A stretch of 48,831 nucleotides of DNA, the filler included, from Haliotis rubra (Eukaryota), in NCBI RefSeq assembly GCF_003918875.1. It is 3 parts of 3 records of this genome, joined end to end, with 100 filler letters (N's around TTAATTAATTAA, not from the genome) between each part and the next. Parts side by side here need not be neighbours in the genome. Positions count along the whole stretch, not along the records: positions 7,503 to 33,927 come from NW_025766982.1; 2 more parts are not named here. One strand, 5' to 3'. The first letter of the stretch is position 1, and the number at the start of each line of letters is the position of its first letter. Positions 23,136 through 34,027 of the stretch are shown here, one piece after another. Made by a program: the position numbers and the translations under genes. The notes under the pieces were generated by a model. That model saw only the letters and a list, made by a program, of their open reading frames with translations, searched no databases and had not been told where the DNA came from.

Positions 23136-23634
23136 ATGCAACCTCAGAAGAAGCAATGCCAGTCGTATCAGTGATGGTGGAGGTTTCACCTTCTTGCCAA
23201 CAAAGAATCCATTACTGCCATTCTGTTTCAGCAACTTCTCCAACATCCCGAAAACAGCGGTACTTTGACATCCTTTATCTCTTTCGCCAACTCACCCTGA
23301 AATGATGAAGACGTTACATACAGATAGAGCTGTACACACATAGGGTATCACCTCGATTACTGACTCACTCATTCACTTACTCATTCATTCACTTGCTCAC
23401 TGACTCACTGACTCACTCACCTCACTCACTCACTCACTCACTAGCTCACTCACTCACTCAACGGAACACTGAGGGGAACTTGTTTAACCTTTGAATGGTG
23501 AACTTTGTTCATCGCCAGTCACTGAGAAACCAATAATTAATACCCATCTGACGTCAAAGTGTCACTAATACGCTTCAGTGAAAGAGTTTAAGGCCATCTG
23601 AGTTGAGGATGAAAATGGTTCATCAGGTCATTTT

Positions 23635-24174
23635 TAGGGTTGGGTATTGCCCAAATTTTCGTATTGCGATATGTTGTGATATCTGTTGGCGTATTGCAAT
23701 ATGTCTTGCAATATATTGTGAAAGTGTAACACATGGGTTAAGCCAATGAAATTACTGTTTCCTTTCTTTTGAAACAATGCCACTGGCCACCGTCAGGACT
23801 CAGATGTGATTGTACAAGAGAGCAATTAAAAATGTTTCCAAATTGAAGACTTCACTCTAAAATTTGGAAACCGAGAAAAAGCGTAGCAGCGGGGTCCGCC
23901 GTTTTGGTGTTTTTATCCTTACAACAAGTGCCGGTACCAATCTATTTTCTTATTTATATGGTTTTAAAGTCACGCAAATGCAATTATATGACCAATAAAC
24001 ATTCTCAAAACTAGTAATGTATAATAATATAAAGGAAATACAAATGTTATTAGTAGTTTTGACAACATCACGAAAATTACCGATCGTTTTGGGTGAACCG
24101 GTTCGTGAAAATATATCGTATTGTGAAGTTCGAATTGCAATATACCGTTTAACTGGTAGTATCGCCCACCCCTA
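23635..24174. mobile_element. hAT-type MITE with 8-bp TSD
   Basis: Ends TAGGGTTGGGTATTG.. and ..TATCGCCCACCCCTA; TSD GTCATTTT at 23627-23634 and 24175-24182. Confidence 0.9.
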
Positions 24175-24633
24175 GTCATTTTTGTCAATGGGTTGATAAC
24201 ATTTATGCCTTTATATCAACTACTGCTGATTAATTCGCCAGGTTATACTGAAATATTACTGAAATAAAGCCTTGATATTGTATGGTTCATTCTCTCCTTC
24301 AGAGTTTGAATTCAAATAGCAGTCTGATTCGCAAGCAGCTTGAGTTTCAACCTCGAAATTCTAGCCAGGCCTCATAAATTGCTTCAAACTGCAACTATCA
24401 CATTTTAAAAATACCAGATGAAAGGTTAAGAGGTTTGAAAGTTAACAGTAATGTTTCTACCCGTATCTTCTATGCAGTTTTATCAGTAAGTGGAGTGCGA
24501 GTTTCAATTCACACCACTTTGAACAGCATTTCAGCCACATGTACGCGTCATGTCGATATCGGAGGAAGCTCGTGGTCGTGACAGACCATCGTGCACAGGA
24601 CAAATCTGGAATTTCAGCGAACCTGTATCCCTG

Positions 24634-24800
24634 AGGGGCGGTGGGGTAGTCTAGTGGTTAAGGTGTTCGCTCGTCATGCCAAAGATCCGGGTTCGATTCC
24701 CCGCATGGGTACAATGTGAGAAGCCCATTTCGGTGTCTCCCGCTGGGCGATTATGTTGAACATTACCAAAAGCAAGTCGTAAAACCACACTCACTCACTT
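24634..24800 (+). mobile_element. SINE family 1 in GST-C intron 3 (orthologous to 32377-32546)
   Basis: Same position and flanks as the copy in GST-D intron 3. Confidence 0.9.
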
Positions 24801-25159
24801 TATCCAGCCATATAGTGTAATTTACTTTCCTTGCTTCGTCATTCTCCTTAAAAAGGTCGCGCATCAAGATGATGACGTCTTGGATGACACCGAGAACCTG
24901 GTCCACCGCTAGGGCTTCCAGATCGCCGTTACCATAGAAACCTGATACGGAAAATATTTGATGATACACTATGTGTTAGTACATTTATACCCACCTTGTG
25001 ATTCACATGATTCATAAAACAGAAACTCGTTATTCCGGACAGTACCACAAAGACACGTCTGGATTAAAGATATTTGGATTAACGAACTTCCCCTTCTTAG
25101 AAATTTCCCTCTATCTATCTATCTATCTATCTGTCTATCTATCTATCAATCTGTTCTCT

Positions 25160-26160
25160 CTCGGGATCAGGTGGTCAGACTGACTTGGTTGACACATGTC
25201 ATCGTATCCCAGTTTCGTACATCGATGCTCATGATGTCCATCACTGGATTGTCTGTTATAGACAATGTTAGATGCAGGCCACTGTCTTATAGCTGGATCA
25301 TTGCCGGGTGCTGCTTTTGACAACAAACAAACACAAAACCATGGAAACAACAAATCTCACGCACATTTTCAAATATTATGTCTAAAAGAATAAAATGTAG
25401 ATACAGTAAAGTGTCCGCCACACTTGACGAAAGACCTTCACGGTGACTTTCAACATGTATGACTCACGTCACGATCTCGGCCCCGTCAAGAAACAGATAA
25501 CCACTATGTCACATTGAACTAAAGAAAATCCTTATCGTGTAGCTCGCCCAAAATGTGGGACTATAAGATAGAACACATCAAGGTGAGAAAAAACCCGAGC
25601 TATGATATCATATGATACCATCAGCTCTTACTGAAACGTCATCTCCAATGAATACAGGCTCTCCGATAACATCATTCGTATACAGCGGCGATGGGATAAC
25701 CGTGTTGTTAAAGTGTTCGCTCTTCACGCCAAAGAGTGAGTAAGTTTAGTTTTACGCCGCTTTTAGCAATATTCCTGCAATATCACGGCGGGGGACACCA
25801 GATTTTTGAACACACATTTCCTTCTGGTTGTAAGTAGAGTTGTGTTGGGTACCGCAGACAAACATTGTTGTCGTTATTCTTAAAATATCAGCATATATAT
25901 TTAGTTTTATAGGAATGTTTGCTCTTGCGTTTTGTTACATTTCTTTACGTTCCTATACACTGCTATTGTTTGCTGGTTATAGCCTTTCGCAAAAGATGTG
26001 AAAGTTAGGCAAGAGTATTCACTACCTGCATTTGAAACCCTCGTAAAAAGTACACGTTGAAATTTGAACTAATGTCTCGATTCCTTCAACACTTTCCAGC
26101 AGCGAAATATAAAAAATACAAATGCAATTTCTTTCAAACACTGATTGAACAAGTGTTTTC
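25160..26160 (+). repeat. Segmental paralog of about 18800-21470
   Basis: Colinear blocks: 25412-25700 with 19288-20070 (minus two SINE insertions), 25800-26160 with 20940-21470. Confidence 0.75.
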
Positions 26161-26170
26161 AGGAAAGACC

Positions 26171-26577
26171 AAGGTAGAGTAATGGTTGTGTGTGGAGATG
26201 AGTGTATTTCCGCTTACTATTCGCCTTACATCCCTTAGGCGTAGCAGGATCTGCCGATCCTAGATTCTCCGCAAAGATGATCCTTACACTGTCAGAAAAA
26301 CTCCTTTTCGATGGTAAATTGTAATAATAACTCTAACACGACACCAAAATAACGCAAGTGCCTTTGCAAAAAGTACCTTTGAACTATATAAAGCAATCAG
26401 GCAGTTCGAGTGAATGCTATCATTTTGATATGTTCACAAACTGCTTAACGCATATTTGAAACTTAAAGCAGGAACTTTCAAATAACACATGTTTAGATGA
26501 GGTTGAAAAGTTGAAAGAAATGTTGTTTCTGAGCGCCTCAACACATAAACTACATGGCATGGTATATATGTGTTCTA
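26171..26577 (+). pseudogene. Inverted relic of a GST-B-like intron 3 (starts at exon-3 donor), resuming at about 29707-29735
   Basis: AAG|GTAGAGTAAT..; reverse-complement match to 14545-14996. Confidence 0.8.
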
Positions 26578-26578
26578 T

Positions 26579-29500
26579 AGACCATTCTTAATGAGGCCTC
26601 ATGAATATTCATATCTGTACCAAAACGAGGCTAAATAGGGCAAGGACACAATCGCATAATGGCGACCAATCTCAATGTTTACTTCCTGGTTTCAAATTTC
26701 CCTTGAACGGTACATTACGAAACTGGCATGTAGTTCAGGGAAATCGCAGAGAAATGGGAAAGGGCTACACAAATGTTTCTGTAGCATATTCACGGATTGA
26801 AGGGTGAATAATTACTGTACTTCACGACACATCACGATATATGACCTAGATATCTAGGTTACGTTTACCATGTTGCGCAGCATTTATGAAGGGAAGCTAC
26901 TCTAAAGTCACAATAGTGGAAATATTACCAAGGAAGTCAATCACGTTTACTTTATCAACATATGAACAAAGCAAAAGACTAAACGTATTTCCTGACCTGG
27001 ATTCAAATCATCCGCTTCCACATGGGAGTAGTGTTGTTAATTCTTGAGCTGGATAATCGAGATTATAAGTAATATGTAGATCAAGATAGCTCTCCTCGAG
27101 TGGATCTGGACCAAATAAAATTGTATTATTCATGTGATGAGTTTTTTGTTTGGTATTTTTTCTGTTGAAATGTTTTGTCCAATCGACTCTGTTTTATAGA
27201 TATAGGGTATCTATTCACGCATTTATTTTCAGTTGTACAGGACTACTGGTGAAGGCGATGTGCGCGTAGCTGCATGTTTCAATCGCAGAGGAAAAACGAA
27301 TCGCCACATCATCATGTAGAAACTATTTCATTCAATCAGCATGAGTGGGACACAATGTGCAAGACAAAACTGGATGATTTTTTCTTTCGTGACTGATTTG
27401 AAGGTATTTTACCTAAATGGACTTATGGTACCTGCATGGGGAATATTTGAAACACTTTTCAATACTGTGTTACTATACCATAACATTGATTTATTGTAGA
27501 CCTTGTGCATTTATTCTGTACCACTGTAACTGAAGCCCTTTTAAGGAGTACATATTATCAGGTTAGCATAACAGGATTCACACTACAGCACACAATTAAC
27601 CTAAATAAATAACGAACACCTGGAGTGCAGTTAATAAAATTTTATTTTGAAATGGTGTCTTAAAAGTCCAATAACAATAGACACATTCACAATAGTTTCC
27701 AACTGTAAGACTGATGAATAACAATAAAATGTTCAGAGGATGCAAATTGAAAATATATTGGGTGCAATATTAATGTTGATAGAAATATCTTTTTAGATTA
27801 GTCTGACATGAATGGCAACAATTACAGCTGGATCAATTCATAATTTATCATAGTTTTCTCCCCTTACACATTATCATAATCTCTTACCTGTTTTTTCTGG
27901 TTCCCAACTAACTCTTTTCAAACAGGATGAAATACATTCTTTTTCATCAATTATTAATTAAACAGCAGCAAATGAGTTACATCTACAACTATGCCATTAT
28001 GAAATACCTTTCTATTATTCAGTTAAATCCATCAATGTGTATGTATTACAGCTGTCTCTTTTTTCATCCATCATTTACAGAACACAAAGCATGAAACAAT
28101 TTCATTTTACATTCATGTCTGTCAATTCTTGTGCTGTTTGGGCAAGGTACTTCATAAAACCTGGGAAGATATTCAACAAATGAAAAGTTCCAGCTAATCA
28201 GTGCCAATGTTTGAAATGATGGAATACTGTAAATTGTTCAATCATTTTTTATCATCATACATGAATTTGCAAAGTCCAAACTTTCAAGTTCAAGTTTTCT
28301 GTTCAATGTTTCTATTTTGTCAACCTTTTCCTTGAGTTGCCTCTCCTGTTCATGTAATTTTTGATGGAGTTGTTCTCATGTAGGACTGGGGTCAGTGGCT
28401 GCTGTATCACTCTCTGCTTCACTGTAATATAAGCATTGTAAAGCATCACTATTATCTCTTCGACCACACAAACAATAAATATATCTCTGGAATTACAAAT
28501 ATACATCAAGGAGTAGAGGCTAACATCATTTCATATTTTTAGACAGTATGGGCAATCAATATTTTTATATGTAAATAACATATCATCTCTGAAATTACAA
28601 ATATACATCAAGGAGTAGAGGCTAACATCATTTCATATTTTAGACAGTATGGGCAATCAATATTTTTATATGTAAATAACATAGCATAATAAAAGTTCAG
28701 TTGTATTAAATTCTTTAAAAACCATGTCAGTTGGCAAAATTAACTTAATACGGTCTGACATTCTTACTGTATCTGAGATGGTGACTGTGGTAGATTGCTT
28801 ATGGGAGGTTCCTGAGCTGGTGACATGCTCTCTGACTCTTAATTAGCAGCATCTGAAATGGATATTTAAACACTAAATATGTGTCAGTTGTTGTAATTAG
28901 ATTGTCCAGTAATATGTCCTGTATCCCTGAAGTACTGGTCAGCATGCAGTAATTTTGAAAGTACATATTTAAGATTTGTTTTAACAGCATGTGTGTGTCC
29001 TGCATATACATGTACTTGAAATGTTACTTTGATTTGCAGCCAATCAAATTTCACTGATACAGAATATTTGCAAATAAAATTCCCTTGCCATCATGACAAG
29101 AGTGTCTCCATATGTCCATATGCTTTAAAACAAATAATATAATGGACCGTACATAATTTATGACTAGGGGTGTGATGATGATTTTAGGTGCGGTGTTTGT
29201 TGGGGTTGGGGTGTCTCCCAGTTTGTTTTGGGAGGCAGGGGGAAGGGTCAATTTGTACATATGAACTAGGGGGGTGGTCACTGATTTTGAACATGACAAT
29301 GTGCAATGTGTGTGTGTGTGTGTGGGGGGGGGGGGTTTGAATGTGTCTGTGTTTGTGACATTCACATTGTACATGTGTCCTAAATATTAAAACCTTGCAT
29401 AGTGAACAGTTTGTACATTTCACGGCAGATCTAGACTATGCCATGTGCCGTAATTATTTTGTACTTACTATGATTCATTTTCCAGGATCTCTCCGTATTT

Positions 29501-29705
29501 TCGTCACCCACTGCCTTCTTATGATCTTATTCTTGGGAATATGGTGAAAAGATACTGTAAAATCCTTACGGGCATCACTCCAACGCAAAGGCATACAGCA
29601 GTAATCTTTCCTTTTCGAGGTCGCCATTTTCAAGGTTGGGTCAACCTATTTAAGCCTCGCTTTCGATTTGACCTCGAGGTCATGCATATTGGTTAAGAAT
29701 GGTCT
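26579..29705. mobile_element. Decayed ISL2EU-like (PIF/Harbinger-related) DNA transposon with two convergent gene remnants
   Basis: TIR AGACCATTCTTAA..CGAGGCT(T)AAATAGG..AATGGCGACC. Minus strand from 29627: THAP-like MATSKRKDYCCMPL..VSFHHIPKNKIIRRQWVTKIRRDPG, and near 28230-28430 a coiled coil plus frameshifted LELE.FGLCKFMYDDK.IEQFT. Plus-strand remnants REMGKGY (about 26750) and VAACF/QSQRKNESPH (about 27265). Empty site in GST-B intron 3 is compatible with an AT TSD. Confidence 0.75.
28480..28684. repeat. About 102-bp tandem duplication inside the transposon
   Basis: ATCTCTG(G/A)AATTACAAATATACATCAAGGAGTAGAGG..GTAAATAACATA occurs twice. Confidence 0.9.
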
Positions 29706-30366
29706 ATATTGGTGCTGTTTAGGTAAAGTAATGAGATGCACACATGGACAGATGCCTGGCGTGATGAATGTATAGTTTATGTCAGAATCACTACTATGCT
29801 ATTTCAGTGAGCTAGTTTTTTTCAGAACTTCAATAGTCAGGATTCCGTTGCAAAATTACATTGTTCCTAAAATGTCCTTCATTAGAGCTGAATATGACTA
29901 TGACTGTTGTGTCAACGTATATAATGAATGATACAAGAGACATAACACAACCTTGGGGAACACCACTTCACACATTATTTTTTGCCCTTGTTAACATGCG
30001 TGTATGCCAGTTAAGTAGATGATGTTTAGGTGTTGTTTCCCGTCTTGAAGCAGTAGGGTCACTTTTACAGTTTAGGTGCCAAACTAATATTCTTCTGGAA
30101 ATGTTACTTATTGTTTTCGCTAAAATTACAAAACCGGACTTTTTGTAAAGAATAGATTTCCTAGTCAGTATCTAAATGTGAAAATAGTGTTTACTTATAA
30201 ATGCTTTCGAACTGAGTGTCCAAATGAACTGACAAGCTTTTTATTGTATATATGAAGAAAATGTTTACAATATTCTATAATAAATCGGGAGAAAATCGTT
30301 ATTAGGATTTGACTCTTTGTATATGTTTAACATTATTTCACCAAGCACTTATCACATAATGAACAA

Positions 30367-30530
30367 GACCCGTGAAAATCCGGGTTAGGATTGGTTTTCA
30401 GCAGCCCATGCTTGTCTTGAGAATGTGTCATATGTCATCGTATCCCACTGCACAGCGCGATGCTCATGCTGTTCACCGCTGGATTGTCTGGTCCAGATTC
30501 GATTATTTACAGGCAGGAATATTGCTGACA
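30367..30530 (+). mobile_element. Family-2 short retroelement in GST-D 3' UTR region
   Basis: GACCCGTGAAAATCCGGGTTAGGATTGGTTTTCAGCAGCCCATGCTTGTC.. ending about 25 nt from the GST-D stop codon. Confidence 0.8.
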
Positions 30531-30555
30531 TAAGGGACAATGTCCGTGTATCACG

Positions 30556-30717
30556 TCAAAACGCTGTAACTGGACGTTTCTCAACCCATGCTTTGATTCC
30601 AGGATTGGAGGCAACGTTGTCAATGCATTTCTTGACCAGAGGGTAGTCTTCCAACTTGAGTATGGCCTCTGGGGTTTTATCATAGATATCAAACAGACTG
30701 ACGTCAGCAATACTAAT
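30556..30717 (-). CDS. GSTS: GST-D exon 5
   Basis: ttgcag|ISIADVSLFDIYDKTPEAILKLEDYPLVKKCIDNVASNPGIKAWVEKRPVTAF*. Confidence 0.92.
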   Translation of the reverse strand: MSIADVSLFDIYDKTPEAILKLEDYPLVKKCIDNVASNPGIKAWVEKRPVTAF

Positions 30718-31743
30718 CTGCAAAAAAGTATTCATATATCCAATGACACACTGGATATTCAATATGGTTAGGAAAGATTTTGGTTAATAAGAACAGTACA
30801 TTTGTCAAAGAGATCAAACAGTGTTTCACGTTTTTTGCATCGTTATATGATTTGCAATTTGACAGTGCTGAAATATACTTAAGAAAATCAACAACAGTTT
30901 CCGGAAGGTTAATGTGAAGAACATTTTTCACTTATTAAGCGGCGTCGGGCCAACTGGCCCTAATCCCCAACAATGACACGTCATGTAGAAGATTATGTGT
31001 TGCTACACGGTTGAAAAGTGTTCTAGTTCAAGTAAATATTTTGGTTTTCTATGTATAGATATTGAAATTGTGCGAATAAATGTACTCGTTCTGTTACCTC
31101 ATTGGTATAACCGTAAGCTATCTTCAGTGAGTTCTATATGTAGCTAATGTTCTGTCAGTTTGTAGTCTTCGTGATGGTAATAGCAGTAGCAGTTGTTCCA
31201 GTGATAGTAGTAATAGTAGTAGTAGTAGTAGTAGTAGTTGCAGTAGTAGTAGCAATAGTAGTAGTAGTAGCAGCAGTAGTAGTAGTAGTAGTAGTAGCAG
31301 CAATAGTAATGGTAGTCGAAGTAGATAAACTATTGATCCTTGGACTAGTGGTGGTAAGATAGCAGCAGTAGTTGTAGTAGTGATGGTAGTAGTAGGAGTA
31401 GTAGCAGTAATTGTAGCCCTAGCTATAGTAGCCGTAGCAGATAGACTATGAATTCAAGTGGTATTAATAGTAGTAGTAGCAGCAAAAGTAGAAGCAGTAG
31501 TGGTACTAGCAGCAAGAGTAGTAGTAGTAGTAGTAGTAGTAGTAGCAGTAGTAGTAGTAGCTGCAGCAGTAATTGTAGTAGTTATGGTAGTAGCAATAAT
31601 ATTAGTAGTCGTAGCAGATAAACTGTTGATCTTTGTAGTAGTGATAGTAACAGCAGCAGCAGTAATAGTAGTAGTAGTTGTTGTTATTGTTGTTGTTGTC
31701 GTTGTTGCGGTAGTAGCAGTTGTTGATGTAGCAGAACTAATAA

Positions 31744-31776
<33 letters not shown>

Positions 31777-33927
31777 TAGCAGTAGGAGTTGCTATAGTAG
31801 CAGTAGTAGTAGTTGTTGTTGTAGCAGCAGTAGTAGTAGTAGTAGCAGCAGTAGTAGTTGTTGCAGTTGCAGTAGTAGTTGTTGTTGTTGTAGCAGTAGT
31901 AGTAGTAGTAGTAGTAGTGGTAGTAGCAGTAGTAGTAGTTGTAGTAGCAGTAGTAGTTGTTGTAGTAGTAGTGGTAGTAGTAGTAGTTGTTGTGGTAGTA
32001 GTAGTAGTAGTAGCAGTAGTAGTAGTAGGTGTTGTTGTAGTAGCAATGCAACCTCAGAAGAAGCAATGCCAGTCGTATCAGTGATGGTGGAGGTTTCACC
32101 TTCTTGCCAACAAAGAATCCATTACTGCCATTCTGTTTCAGCAACTTCTCCAACATCCCGAAATACAGCGGTACTTTGACATCCTTTATCTCTTTCGCCA
32201 TCTCATCCTGAAAGCATGAAGACTTTATCAGTAAACGAAGTGCGAGTTTAGATTCACAAAACTTTGAATGGTATTTCAGCCACATCACCGCGTGTCATCT
32301 CCGTGTCGGAGAATAGCACTTAGGACAGATCATCATGCACAGGACAAATCTGGAATTTCAGCGGACCTTTATCCAGAGGGGAGGTGGGGTAACTTTGTCG
32401 TTAATGTGTTCGCTCGTCACGCTGAAAATCCGGGTTCGATTCCCCACATAAATACAATGTGTGAAGCCTTTTTCTGGTGTCCCTCGTCGCGATATTGCTG
32501 GAATATTGCTAAAAGCGGCGTAAAACTCACTCACTCACTCACTCACTTTATCCAGCCATATAGTGTAATTTACCTTTCTTGTTTCGTCATTCTCTTTAAA
32601 ATGGTCGCGCATGAAGATGATGACGTCTTGGATGACACCGAGAACCTGGTCCACCGCTAGGGCTTCCAGATCGCCGTTACCATAGAAACCTGAAATTATT
32701 TGATGATACACTAAGTTAGTACATTTGTACCTGCCTTGAGATTCACATGCTTCACAAAATAGAAACTCGTTATTCCAGACAGTACCACTAAGTCACGTCT
32801 GGATTAACGATATTCGGATTAACGTACTTCCCCTATTTAGAAATTTCCACCTAACTTCATTTATCGAAAACCACGCTACCACTTCTCGGACGACCTCCCA
32901 ATGAGTCGACAAAGTACAAAACCCTGACTAAAGTTCAGCCTTTTATAATCATTTTCAAATAACTGTAAAAACCTTTACGTGCAATCTGATTTAGATTTCC
33001 TTCCCATGGCATTTTTGCGCAGTTTTATAATACATGCTGTATTGTAAGGGCATCAAAAAATTTAAACGGTTACATTTGCGAAGTACATTAGTTCATGAAC
33101 ATATGACTAAAATCGATATACCCACGAAGATCCGGGTTAGAATTGGTCTTCACTAACCCATGCTTGTCTTGGGATCAAGAGCTTGCGACTTGGTTGACAC
33201 GGTATCCCATCAGGATGCTCATGATGTTGATCACTGGATTGTCACAGACTCGATTATTCACATATTGCTGAAATATTGCTGATGTGGAGTTAAACAACCA
33301 ACTGGATTGTCAAAATCGATCTCGACTATTCACATATAGCTGAAATATTGCTGTGTGTGGAGTTAAACAACCAACCAACTAAAATCGATCAGGTTGGTTG
33401 GTTGTTGTTTTTTGTTTTGGGTTGTTTTTGTTTTTTTAAGGGTGTGTATAGTAGCTTCCGCAATACTTCGTTCTTACACTCTTTGCTGAAGCGAATGTGA
33501 CTTTAATTACTTGGACAACGCCAACAGGAAAACCAACACAAGCTGACTGTCATTTACAGTACTGAGTGACTGAGTATGATTTTACGCCACTTTTAGCAAT
33601 ATTCCAGCAATATCACGACGGGGGACACCAGAAATGGGCTTCACACATTGTATCCATGTGGGGAATCGAACCCGTGTCTTCGGTGTACAAGCGAACGCTT
33701 TAACCACTAGGTTACCCCACCGCCCTCATTTACAGTAATTATACGGACTTCCTCCAGTCAGTAGCATTTCACCTTCTTCAACAAAAAACACGAATTCTCA
33801 CTGCTCCGTCAGCTCTTACGTCAATCATGAGGTACTGGACGCCCTTTTAGTCGATGAAGCCCACAGTGATATGACCAAAATTTTCGACTCACCAAATGTC
33901 CTTGCAAGGTATCTGGATATGGCGCTG
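30556..33927 (-). CDS. GSTS: Sigma-class GST copy D, 5'-incomplete (exon 2 partial to exon 5)
   Basis: Exon 2 3' part 33927-33893 (SAISRYLARTFG), exon 3 32689-32574, exon 4 32207-32100, exon 5 30717-30556; all GT-AG, open frame; 5' part lost in the scaffold spacer. Confidence 0.9.
31170..32045. repeat. Compound (GTA/GCA/GTT)n triplet repeat in GST-D intron 4
   Basis: Imperfect GTA array, paralogous to 22220-23135. Confidence 0.95.
32100..32207 (-). CDS. GSTS: GST-D exon 4
   Basis: tttcag|DEMAKEIKDVKVPLYFGMLEKLLKQNGSNGFFVGKK|gtgaaa. Confidence 0.9.
32377..32546 (+). mobile_element. SINE family 1 in GST-D intron 3
   Basis: tRNA-like head with GGGTTCGATTCCCC, (CACT)n tail. Confidence 0.9.
32574..32689 (-). 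CDS. GSTS: GST-D exon 3
   Basis: ttcag|GFYGNGDLEALAVDQVLGVIQDVIIFMRDHFKENDETRK|gtaaat. Confidence 0.9.
33120..33380 (+). mobile_element. Family-2 short retroelement with duplicated 3' end
   Basis: ACCCACGAAGATCCGGGTTAGAATTGGTCTTCAC..; tail segment ACTGGATTGTCA..GTTAAACAACCAAC occurs twice. Confidence 0.8.
33562..33725 (-). mobile_element. SINE family 1 with 12-bp TSD
   Basis: TSD TCATTTACAGTA on both sides. Confidence 0.92.
33893..33927 (-). CDS. GSTS: GST-D exon 2, 3' portion
   Basis: ..SAISRYLARTF(G)|gtgagt; homologous to GST-B exon 2 and its donor context. Confidence 0.85.
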
Positions 33928-34027
33928 NNNNNNNNNNNNNNNNNNNNNNNNNNNNNNNNNNNNNNNNNNNNTTAATTAATTAANNNNNNNNNNNNNNNNN
34001 NNNNNNNNNNNNNNNNNNNNNNNNNNN
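33928..34027. other. Artificial scaffolding spacer
   Basis: 44 N + TTAATTAATTAA + 44 N. Confidence 0.95.

Larger units (their letters stand above)
23190..24941 (-). pseudogene. Sigma-class GST copy C pseudogene (exons 3-4 only)
   Basis: Exon 3 24941-24826 GFYGNGDLEALAVDQVLGVIQDVIILMRDLFKENDEARK. Exon 4 23296-23190 is 107 nt (1-nt deletion near 23253 versus copy D), giving ..VPLFSGCWRSC*. Exon 5 deleted; exons 1-2 not found. Confidence 0.85.

Noticed and set aside
22136-23305. Long poly-Leu/Val/Thr/Tyr/Ser ORFs here and at 31147-32288
   Set aside because: Translations of the intronic GTA triplet arrays; only the embedded GST exon-4 portion is real.
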